A DNA stretch of 62,471 nt from Phoronis australis (Eukaryota > Animalia > Phoronida): contig NMRA01000773.1 of the NCBI GenBank assembly GCA_002633005.1, forward strand, positions 92,766 through 155,236. The letters are read 5' to 3'. Each line of letters opens with the position of its first letter. The first letter of the stretch is position 1. Under the pieces are notes generated by a model, which saw only the letters and a list, made by a program, of their open reading frames with translations, made no database searches and was not told the origin of the DNA. The translations under genes and the position numbers were made by a program. This document shows, one piece after another, positions 1 to 10,849 of the stretch.

Positions 1-620
1 TTTCCTAAACGCAGCTTGAGACATACTAATTACGTTTTCTCTTTCCGACCATTTTTGAAGTCGCTGGCACAATATTTTTTCGAATATTTTGGCTGTAACT
101 TGCATGAGGGATATTCCCCTGAAATTTTCAGGAATTTTGGTACCGCCCTTAAATATCGGTACTATAATGGATTTTGTCCATTCTTTTGGAAACACACCAT
201 TTTTAAAAAAGTAGTTGTATAGTTGGAACAGCGAATCTACCAACTTTTTATCAGCATACTTGTAGAACTCGATACTAATTTTATCACATCCTGGCGAAGT
301 TCCGTCTTTCATACTACCGATGGTTTGTATAATTTCGTCTTTTGTGATTTCAGCGTCCAACTCCATATCAACAACTGCATTACTTGAATTGATTTCATTT
401 TTTACTGAGTTCTCAATAAAAGCATGCAACTCAGCGAACTCTGGATTAGTAACAAAATAGTGGCCTTCGAACAGAGAGCTGATATAATTTATCCATTCCT
501 CCGGTTTAATATTCGTCGATACACCTTTCTTCTTAATATTAAATGCACGCCAGAATTTTTTACTGTTAAAGCTACTTCTAATGCTTCACCAACACAAACA
601 AGTTTAAATGCCTAGGTATG
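1..620 (-). mobile_element. Degenerate non-LTR retrotransposon (LINE) RT N-terminal fragment, runs off the window start
   Basis: Minus strand with a frameshift reads FPKEWTKSIIVPIFKGG..PENFRGIS..IFEKILCQRLQKWSERENVISMSQAAFRK, the classic LINE RT domain 0-1. Confidence 0.85.
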
Positions 621-1107
621 GTTATTAAGTTAAACCTCAGCAAAAGAAAAATTACAAATCGTCAATGCACCCACGGTGTCTTTAAAACGAACAACCCTAA
701 CAAACAAAGTAAATTACCTATGCTTAATTTGTTGTGATTATAGGAAACGTTTGTTTCAAACTCAACTGTGACGCACATTTTCCGTCAGGATGCAAGCTGC
801 GCCGGATACATGTAATCATGGTGAACTTCAATTATCTCTGCATAGCCTTAGGTAAGAATAGGGTCATTTTCGGGGTTAGAATGAACTTCTTAGTGCTAGA
901 TACCAAGCTGAATTTTAAGGATATGCTTTACTGTCAGAGAGCGGGGGTTGAGGGTAAAACTGAATAGTTTCTCATTAGCGTGTGACATTAGATGGTAATA
1001 TAATGGTAAAATGTAGTGTATTTTGACTGCAAATGTGAATGTGATTGCTCGACAAGACTGCTCATAGGTTTCGCAATAGTAACTTAAATGAACATGTACC
1101 GTGCACA

Positions 1108-1190
1108 TTTATTTATTTATTTATTAATGTGATATTTAAAATGAGGGTGGCCTCTTCAGTGATAGCACTGCTTTCCAAGAGGGCCCTCAT
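1108..1190 (-). mobile_element. LINE/SINE-type 3' tail (stem-loop plus (AATA)n)
   Basis: GAGGGTGGCC..GGCCCTC inverted repeat next to (TTTA)4; resembles L2/CR1-type 3' ends. Confidence 0.45.
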
Positions 1191-1784
1191 TGCAGGTAGA
1201 TATTAACGATTTTAAATCGGACACGACAAGGTGTGGAAGGCTCAGGACATGGAGGTTACTGTAGTTCTAAACCTGCGTTAAGGTCGACGAATGTTTATCG
1301 ACAGTATCGTATTGAATATTTTATCAGCAGCTCTCAACACGTGATCATGTGACAGAAACCTTTTACGTTTCTCAGAGAAATACAAAATTCTACATCCTCT
1401 GTGTTATCAACAAAAGTACAAGCTGATAATGGGAGCAGTTTGGTGTACACGAGGTTTTAATCAGGCTGAGAATTGACCTCCTTGGCTCAAATTTTGACAT
1501 GCAACAGTAGATAAACAATTTGAATATAATAAACCCCAGGGCTTCTTTTTTAGGCCATACAACAACACTCCATATGTCGATAAGTGCACTAGTAGCATAA
1601 CAACAAGGTGAAGATATGATTGAAACCTGAAATGCAATTAACTACATCGGCGACCTCCTAAGCTGTCCCTCTATGAACAAATGACATTTATAACAACGCG
1701 ACTTTGATGTTTTAGTCAGTGTGAGGCATACTTCGCTGAAAAGATTCCAGCTTATGAAGCTCATAGAGGAGCTCCGCCGTCTCT

Positions 1785-2740
1785 ACTGGGCCAGCTAGAG
1801 ATGTTGATCACTGTCTAGCGGTACAGCTGCATAGGACTGGCCAGCTAGAGATGGTGATCACTGTCTAGAGGTACAGCTGCCTAGGACTGGCCAGCTAGAG
1901 ATGGTGATCACTGTCTAGCGGTACAGCTGCCTAGGACTGGCCAGCTAGAGATGGTGATCACTGTCTAGCGGTACAGCTGCCTAGGACTGGCCAGCTAGAG
2001 ATGGTGATCACTGTCTAGCGGTACAGCTGCCTAGGACTGGCCAGCTAGAGATGGTGATCACTGTCTAGCGGTACAGCTGCCTAGGACTGGCCAGCTAGAG
2101 ATGGTGATCACTGTCTAGCGGTACAGCTGCCTAGGACTGGCCAGCTAGAGATGGTGATCACTGTCTAGCGGTACAGCTGCCTAGGACTGGCCAGCTAGAG
2201 ATGGTGATCACTGTCTAGCGGTACAGCTGCCTAGGACTGGCCAGCTAGAGATGGTGATCACTGTCTAGCGGTACAGCTGCCTAGGACTGGCCAGCTAGAG
2301 ATGGTGATCACTGTCTAGCGGTACAGCTGCCTAGGACTGGCCAGCTAGAGATGGTGATCACTGTCTAGCGGTACAGCTGCCTAGGACTGGCCAGCTAGAG
2401 ATGGTGATCACTGTCTAGCGGTACAGCTGCCTAGGACTGGCCAGCTAGAGATGGTGATCACTGTCTAGCGGTACAGCTGCCTAGGACTGGCCAGCTAGAG
2501 ATGGTGATCACTGTCTAGCGGTACAGCTGCCTAGGACTGGCCAGCTAGAGATGGTGATCACTGTCTAGCGGTACACCTGCCTAGGACTGGCCAGCTAGAG
2601 ATGGTCATCACTGTCCAGCGGTACACCTGCCTAGGACTGGCCAGCTGGAGATGGTGATCACTGTCTAGCGGTACACCTGCCTAGGACTGGCCAGCTAGAG
2701 ATGGTGATCACTGTCTGGTACACCTGCCTAGGACTGGCCA
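1785..2740. repeat. 50-bp minisatellite, about 19 near-identical copies
   Basis: Unit CTAGGACTGGCCAGCTAGAGATGGTGATCACTGTCTAGCGGTACAGCTGC repeated head to tail with no spacers; variants only at the array edges. Confidence 0.97.
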
Positions 2741-2750
2741 AAGGTACGTC

Positions 2751-3324
2751 GGTCAGGAATGGAATAGCTTTGCTCTTAGTATAATTATTTTGTTCTATTG
2801 TTCTGTTTGTTTTTAGCAAATAGTATCTGATTGACTTGACCCCTGGACTCAGGACAATGATTACGTAATTTATTTTCCAAAGAGTAGTTTGGAGCATTTC
2901 TAGAAGATTCTAGCATGCAAGTGACAGAACATTCTGAGCCTAACGTATGTTTGTATAATGATTGGATAGATCTCCCGTAAGTTCTAGAATGAACTTGAAA
3001 TTGTGAAAAGTTCTAGAACATTGTAAGTGACTCTAAATACCCAGGCACGGCTTTGTGACTGTTCGTTGAAACTTAGATACGATAGAGTTAGAGTTGAGTT
3101 ACAGTGAAGAGAGTCACCAGATAGTCAATCGAGAGCCAGCCACGGCTTCACAGCATATAACAGACATTACGTTGGACGTTTTGTTTGAGTAGACTTCAAC
3201 ATACGTTTGAGACTAATAAAGCTGATAACTCGAAGCAATCCTCAGTCTGGTATAGTAGCACCGATAGCTATTTGAACCAGTCGATAACAACCTGCGCCCA
3301 CCCACACACAGGAAAAACGTGACA
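2751..3324 (+). mobile_element. Solo LTR (copy A)
   Basis: Begins GGTCA (degenerate TGTCA), ends TGACA, has internal AATAAA (~3215), and is colinear with 7433-8185. Confidence 0.7.
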
Positions 3325-4748
3325 AAATCACATAAGGTGTTTAAATCATTGTAACGACAGGACGTGTAACATCTGCACAATGAGAGAGTATCAAACCAGT
3401 GAACTGATTAAAGCACAAATTACTTTTCTATTTTCAACCCGTGACCAGGTTATGCAATTCGGAAGATACAATCTACCCTCTGTTCCACGGACACGAAATT
3501 CAAGATTAAATAAAAAAATGGTTATACATTGCAACCGAAACACTTCATCACACCAGTTTTTCTTTTGAGTGTCTTGGGTATGCAGATTGTAGCCCAGTGA
3601 AAGCTCATAAATAGCCGTTTTTTTCCGATATACAGTAGAAGCAACACGGCGGAATTATAAGGCTTATCGCCAGATGGCGGTAGAGTATGACACGTACTGT
3701 ACGTGCATGGGAGTTTGATGTGGTGGCTGCACCATCTGTGTGGTATATCAAGGCCCTAAACCTGTACCAGTAGGGGCTGCGTATTGCTTTGGATTGATTC
3801 TGAGCCACTTTTTCTGATAAGCGTAAAAATCAAAGCAACGGTGAATTATCAATCCTGTTAAATCTTTGCTGACTGCAAAAGTATGACGACAGCTTGGAGC
3901 GTTTAGATCATTCCATGGCACTTCATAGCAGTGACGCATTTTCACCGTTTTACAGCGCAGAGTAATCTCAGTTCAGAAGCACACTATCCATTTTGAACTT
4001 TACAGACCCATTTCAAAAAGTTTACTGCATGCGCCTATTCAACAAGTGATTTCGAATTGTCGCTCACTTCGTCAGGCATTTTGTTGGTGCACTTCATGAA
4101 AACTAAAAATGAGACGAAAGAGTAAATTTAATTGAGCTATTTTGAAAAAAATCGACGTCATGGTTAGGGTTAGGGTTGTTGCTAACACAAATAAAGCAGA
4201 ACTTAAGTTTTAAAATATTCCCCAATGGTTGTATTTGGTCGCAAAGAAAATCAACATATCTAGAAAGATGGTTAATTAAGAGTGTCATTTTTCATAGTTC
4301 AGTCCCAGTTTCTGAGCTTATAATTTGGTTAAAGAGGCAACATACAAGTGCAGCGCTACCTCTTGCTGCATATTGATTATTAGAAGAGCGTAAAATCTGC
4401 TTTTTACAAAAATGCATTTTAAAATGCGAGACTTTCCGAATATCAAATGCTCGAAACAGTACAAGTGTATATATCCATACAAGATGGATAAAGTTACCCC
4501 CCGGCACACAGAATGAAAACACTGGAGCTACGGCCACGGCCTACGAGCTGATCAGACGTCGTTGTAGCGCACTTTAACGGTAGTTATTTGGAAACAACTT
4601 CAACTGCTAGTCAAAGGTTATGTCCATTGTAAGTTCAACTATTTTTAGCTCAAGTTTTTCAGGCCGTTCACTGACTGATCTGCAGTTATCAGGCCTTAAA
4701 GATAATTCGGCGGTTGCAAGTGTTGACTTTTAAGAGACTACTTCACCA

Positions 4749-4893
4749 ACGATAAAACTTCCATCATCTCATACCAGACCAACTAACCACCAGGTGACGA
4801 TAAAACTTCGATCATCTCATACCCGACCAACTAACCGCCAGGTGACGATAAAACTTCCATCATCTCATACCCGACCAACTAACCACCAGTTGA
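4749..4893. repeat. 48-bp tandem repeat x3
   Basis: ACGATAAAACTTCCATCATCTCATACC(A/C)GACCAACTAACCACCAGGTG three times. Confidence 0.9.
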
Positions 4894-5739
4894 CAAAAAT
4901 GTGTCACTGTACTAACGTATTTTTACAGAAGCCTACGCATTTATGTGAAATGGGCTTTGAGCTGACTGACGTTTTAAAAACCGTCAACATTTTGGATCAC
5001 TTAAAAGTACTCTGTTGATTATAATTATTTAACTTAAATTGTTAACCTTCGTGTAATTTTTTATAAGTGTAGATCTTGTGATGGCTATTTTTCAATCCAT
5101 TTCTTCCCAAAACTACCAGTAGTAACCAGTTTAAGATACCTTAAGAAACTCAGTCTACAAATCCGTCACAAAATATTTCACGTACACCGATTGATGTTTT
5201 GATGAAGTTGTATTTAACCACAAGCCTGGATATTTCGATGTGAACTTTTGACGATGAGTGGCGTTTGGTTACAGGATGTTGCGAGTGCTGTGTGTAAACA
5301 ATTGTACACGTTAATATTTTCTCTGTGAACGACAAAGGCAAAAGTTTCCTAGGTGTTTCATTTACCATCAAGTACAGGGATTATCAGCAATCCTTAAATA
5401 CTTTAAAATTGTTTTAGAAACAGATTTTGTTTGCTGGTATTCCCGTTGCATGAGGGCAAACCTATTTTTTAAACTCTTTGGCCAGTATTTTGTGTCTGAC
5501 CTAAGCGCATGCAAACTTTCAACTCAACGACGATGTTATCATCAAGATATGTTGGAGATTACTTTCAAGCTTCCTATAGAGTAATTATTTTCATCGATTA
5601 AAAGAAACCTGCTAAAAACGTAACAGAAGCCTGGTGGTAAACAGCTGATTGCTTACTCAAGCTTGCATCAAGAGCGTGCACAATGCAATTCAGTAGCAAA
5701 GCGTGTTTCCCAGAAAAAAGAAGAATGAATATACGTACA

Positions 5740-6340
5740 TTATACAACAAAAATAGATCACTGAAATTTTAGGATATAATAACATCCTTTGTCAACAGAA
5801 ACAGAAATAAAATAAAATCAAACACTATGTGACAATTGATATCTGGTTTATGGCGTAATGAGCATGATACATTGTTGCAGAAAAAAGTAAAGGATATAAT
5901 TTATTAAATCTTTATGTTCATTCCATTAGGTTCAAGTGTGTTAAGTTTATTTATCCAAAATTGTTCTGTTTTGAGTCTGTGAGGTGTACTGGGGGTATTG
6001 GAGTGTCTCTATTATTTGTACAGAAAGATGTTGTAGATTATGTTTTTGGAATTGAAATGATTACCTATAGCGTCAGAAATGTTTTTATGTATTATGTTAA
6101 ATCAATGATTACGAAACCGAGTTTGTAGATTATGTTGAGTTTGTCCTACATATTGAATGGAACAATAAGTCCGTTTCTAGTTTATCATTACTAAGGATGA
6201 CAGTGACATCTAAAAATGAAATTTTATTTTGTCGTGGGTGAACTTTATTATGGGGTGAAATGTGTTAATATTTTCTTATAATATATGTAATTTTTGTGGG
6301 CCATGGGCCCAGATCATAAAAATGTCGTCAATGTACCTCA
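5740..6340 (-). mobile_element. Penelope-like element fragment (RT YIDD, GIY-YIG end, 3' UTR)
   Basis: 6308-6338 minus reads RYIDDIFMIW; 5740-6165 is an inverted homolog of 6735-7190. Confidence 0.82.
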
Positions 6341-6344
6341 GCCA

Positions 6345-7200
6345 AAATGCGAAAGATAATAGTATTAATAGATTACCTTTCATAACCATGTTCAATCCAT
6401 TTCTAAACGGAATTAGCCACGTCTTCAGAAAGCATCTTTCCACTCTGCATATTTCCCCTCAAATGAAAACCCTATTTCCTCATCCGCCTATAATTTCTTG
6501 GAGAAAATGTAAAAGCTTAAACAATTATTTAGTTAGAGCAAATTAGGACTATAAAAAACAAACTGACAAACCTATTGGCAACACACAATGTATCAAATTT
6601 AGAATGTAAAATGTTTAACTTTATCAACGATAAAATTCCTTCCAGTCCCCTCAAACCAATGGACACTTCGAAATAAAACATAATTCAGACTTCACTACCA
6701 ACAACATCATTTACCTAATAACATGTAGAAAACGGTTTATTCAATAAGTGGGACAAACTCAACATAATCTACAAACTCGGTTTCGAAACCATAGATTTAA
6801 CATAATACATAAAAACATTTCTGATATTGTAGTTAACAATTTAAATTCCAAAAAAAATTAATTCACAAGATCTTCCTGTACAAATAATAGAGAAACTCCA
6901 ATACCCCAGTGCCCCTTGGAGACTCAAAAGAGATCAGTTTTGGATAAATAAACTCAACACACTTGAACCTAATGGATTGAACATAAAGACTTCTTAAATG
7001 ATACCCTTTACTTTTTTCAGCAACAATGTATCATACTCATTACGCCATATACCAGATGTCAATTGTCATATTGTGTTTGATTTTACTTTATTTCTGTTTC
7101 TGTTGACGAAGGATGTTCCTATATCCGAAAATTTCAGTGATCCATTTTTGTTGTTTAATTTACGCATATTTATTCTACTTTCGACACACAAGTGTATCTT
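6345..7200 (+). mobile_element. Penelope-like element 3' portion (linker, GIY-YIG endonuclease, 3' UTR)
   Basis: PPIISWRKCKSLNNYLVRA; NIIYLITCRK..VGQTQHNLQTRFRNHRF; RDQFWINKLNTLEPNGLN; stops and frameshifts present. Confidence 0.87.
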
Positions 7201-7432
7201 TTAGAGGATCTGGATTACCTCTTTTAGTTTCGGATTTATTTTCTACGTTATTTACCAGAAAAAACAACTGCGTCAGCAAGCTCCACTGCGTTTAAAAATC
7301 ACACGTCGTTTCATGTGCAGAAGAATTTTGCTCTCGAATATACAGTAGCATAATTATGCTTTAGGGCGATGCAATCCTTTGATTTACATACAGTACATGT
7401 ACATATAATAACATCAAAACTTTGTGTGGGAC

Positions 7433-8185
7433 TGTCAGAATATACACTGACACTGTTTCAAATTGTATTGTTTTGTTTTGTTGTTCTGTTTGATTGACAT
7501 GACCCCTGATTTCAGTACAGGGATTATGTAATTTGTTTACTACAGTATAATTTGGAACATTCTAGAAGACTCTAGCATGACAGTGATTAATGCAGTCTGG
7601 AATATTCTAGAGACTAGTATATGTTTGTAGAATGTCTGGGTAGATTCCGAAAAGTTCTGGCATTTGCCTGAATTGGTGAAAAGTTCTAGAACATTGCATT
7701 AGCCTATAAATATACAAGCACGGGTTTGTATTAGTCAGAAAAAGTAGAAAAGCAGTTATGCAGTTTAGCAGTCGGAGTTAAGCTGTTTTAAATGCTTAAA
7801 AGCAGTCCAGCAGTCGGAGTAAAAGCAGTCAACACTTAAAAGTTACAAGATAGTTAAAGTTGAGTCGCAGTGAAGAGAATCAGCAGTTACAGCGAGAGTC
7901 GGCAACAGAGAGCCAGCTATAGAGACAGCAGGTTTTTTAATCAAAGAGTCTAACAGTTGCTGGAAGTGTCTCAGAAGTTCATTACAAGTCGAGGCTTCGC
8001 AGCACTGGTTGGGGCATAGAACAAACATTACGTCGGACGTTTTGTTTGAGTAGGCTTGTGAACGTACGGTCGAGATTAATTAAAGGTTTAACTTGAACCA
8101 GTCTTCAGTCTGTCGTCGTACCGAAAGCTATTAGCACCGGTTAGTAACCACCTGCGCCCACCCACTTACGGGGAAGAACGTGATA
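7433..8185 (+). mobile_element. Solo LTR (copy B) with 5-bp TSD
   Basis: TGTCA...TGATA termini; flanks GGGAC (7428-7432) and GCGAC (8186-8190); TATAAATA at ~7705; homologous to 2751-3324. Confidence 0.8.
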
Positions 8186-10052
8186 GCGACCGTGGCCGCA
8201 AGCCACTGTGTAACGTGCGGGGCCATACGCTGTAGCTTAGTTCATGGTCGAGAAAAAAAAAACACAAATCTTGGTGCACTCAAACGGACAACGAAAATCC
8301 CATCCAACTTTACAAATATTTCGTCATAAAAGCAGACACTCTCGCCTGTGGTCCATTACGCAAATCCGAAGTAACCTCTGCCCCTTCCACTGCCCTGACA
8401 TGCTAGGCTATGTCTCGTGCGCTCACGCCTACTTTGAGTGCTTCTGGGAATGCCCCTTATGAATGGAGAAGACTCGAAAGCTCTAGAAAAAATACTCAGC
8501 GTAGAGTGTTAATTGTTTGACGCCATTTGAGAGGACGCAAAACCTTGCTTTGGTAAATTCAAACAATCTTCGTTTTGCCACCAGTACTTGTGCGTCGTTG
8601 TCACCTTCTTTGGGGCAAAATCAGCATGCAACTGAAAACACGAACTCACTCTTTCGAAGGTTGGAAATTATGTTTTTTTGTGGGAGTTTTTGTCTACAGT
8701 TGACGTGAAACTGGCCCCAATCGAAGGTCACGCTTTCCCAGACTTTGCAATGAATTTTCAAATTTTTGAGAATTATTGGTACATGTATAGAGCATTATTT
8801 TGTTTGACAGAACTGGATGTGGAAGTAGATTTTAATAGTGAGAATATGAAAAAACGGGTTTGGTATCCTGTTGAGGTTCAAAATTTTAAAATGTTTTATT
8901 CACTACGAGTGTGTGTACTAAAACTGTCATCCGTGTGAATGAATACAAATTGACTTACAGTACACACACTGCACGTAGTTTTTATTTAAAAAATCCTTGG
9001 ACGACAATGACCTTTTTCACACTTTCTTTACGGAACACTTCAAATTCGTGTAGTTGATTGTAGAGAGCGTAAGGTTTCAAAATGCACATATTTTTCACAC
9101 GACTTGTTGCACCAAAGGATTGCATGGTAACCCGAGAATAGTTCACTAGTCGCAGTACATTTAGGTCTTGAGAGCACTTGAGTAAATGTTCTTGGTCGCC
9201 TTTTTTTCGGATATTAGTCGACTGAATACACTTTGAAGTAAACGTATCTGAATAATGTAAGTGTCTAAGGAATGTTTGGTGGTCACAGATTCTCATTTTA
9301 GGGAGAACAAATGATTCAAAATTCGGACCTAACATTTCATTTGTGCTTGACTTAGCTACAACGCTGTAACGTTGTTATTTGTGGAGGTCCATTTCGCCTG
9401 TAGGAAATTACCCTGACCTTTGATCTGAGAAAATGTCGTGAGAGAGGGTGATTCCATACGATATTCCGTCAGTGGTGCATTAAAACGATGACGTAACCGA
9501 GTATCGTTTCACAAGCTTACACTGGGCCTTGGGTCTAATCCATCATGAACTGGAAATTTGACTACATAGGCCCATCCTCGATTCATCTGAGACTGAGTTC
9601 GAAGAGCAGACTCTGGCAAGCCAAGAAGTAAACATGGGGAGGAATTATCAGTATTAGCGATAAACTGTTCCTGCACAACGAGAAATCCCTGATATTCGCA
9701 AGATCTTTTAAACTGCTGTTTCACGCACAAAGGGCATGATTCTTTGAGAGGTTATGCAACAGATCATGAGAGGCGCACCATAGGTGGAAATTGTCGGGAC
9801 ACGGCTCCGCGGTCAAAACTATCGACATTGTCCAATGTTTATTCGTCAAAGATTTGTCGTTTCCGACTCGGTCTACCGATAGATGTATTGAAACTAGTCA
9901 AAACTGCATTGGTATACCTACAATGTCTACAACAGAACCGCAGGCTTTCGACGATAACTACGAGGCATCTTTGACATTTTGCTGGACATTCGCATACAAT
10001 TTGTGAAGCAAGGCTGACAACGGCTTGACTTTGAGGGTAGAAGTAGGCACAT

Positions 10053-10489
10053 GTGCCCTGTTTCATGAAACAGTCCCAAATGGGAACTCAATTAAGGTCC
10101 CTGAGTCTACTGCGTATTTTGGGGCTTGTGAAAACACTATTTGTCCTATCTTATGCTGTTTGAGAATCATTACTAAGCTAATTTTTGGCTTTGATACAAA
10201 TCGAGATTGAAATCTAGATTGAATTCTCAGTGTTATTGAAAATAAGTAGGGATCTTTTCATGCAACGCCCCCAATTTAAGGACTAAGTCCCTAACTCTTT
10301 TGATTGACTTTAGGGTTCAGTTTTTAGTTATATTATCAGAAAAATGTCATTAGTCAAAGAAGAGCTCACAATAAAGATGAAATTATATAAAGAGATACTT
10401 CATCTGTGCCTAAAGAACGAAAGAATATGAAAAAGATTTGGGGAACTTAATTGAGTCCCTATTTGGGACTGTTTCATGCAAACCGGCAC
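10053..10489. mobile_element. MITE with ~50-bp TIRs (PIF/Harbinger-like)
   Basis: GTGCCCTGTTTCATGAAACAGTCCCAAATGGGAACTCAATTAAG pairs with CTTAATTGAGTCCCTATTTGGGACTGTTTCATGCAAACCGGCAC. Confidence 0.75.
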
Positions 10490-10628
10490 TGGGGCTCTCG
10501 CTGCCGATACAGTGGCATGATCAGGGACCAGGCACTGGGGCTCTCGCTGCCGATACAGTGGCATGATCAGGGAGCAGGCACTGGCGGGGGCTCTCGCTGC
10601 CGATACAGTGGCATGATCCGGGACCCGG
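10485..10628. repeat. ~45-48-bp tandem repeat x3
   Basis: GGCACTGGGGCTCTCGCTGCCGATACAGTGGCATGATCAGGGA repeated three times. Confidence 0.9.
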
Positions 10629-10849
10629 CAAGTCTTGATTCGTAAAAGCTTTGTAATTGGATTGTGATGTTAGTTTTGAGAGAAGACTACCAAGTTCACA
10701 CTCTTAAATCCGTTGTCGTTTGTACTAAAGCTGAACGTGCAAACACTCGTGTGATCTTGTCAAGTCGTCTTGTTGAGCAAGAGGACTCCGCGGTAGTCAA
10801 TCGAAAAAGAAGTGTCCCGAGTCCTGGGCGGCGCACTGCATGACCGATG

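Noticed and set aside
1785-2740. CRISPR-like array of palindromic repeats
   Set aside because: No unique spacers, no cas genes, and a eukaryotic intron-containing context
3605-3945. Possible terminal exon on the minus strand
   Set aside because: An acceptor-like site exists, but no recognisable protein or partner exons
4162-4177. Telomeric TTAGGG repeat
   Set aside because: Only about 2.5 units; common inside small repeats
2751-8185. Full-length LTR retrotransposon bounded by the two LTRs
   Set aside because: The LTRs are diverged, copy B has its own TSD, there is no shared outer TSD and no gag/pol between them
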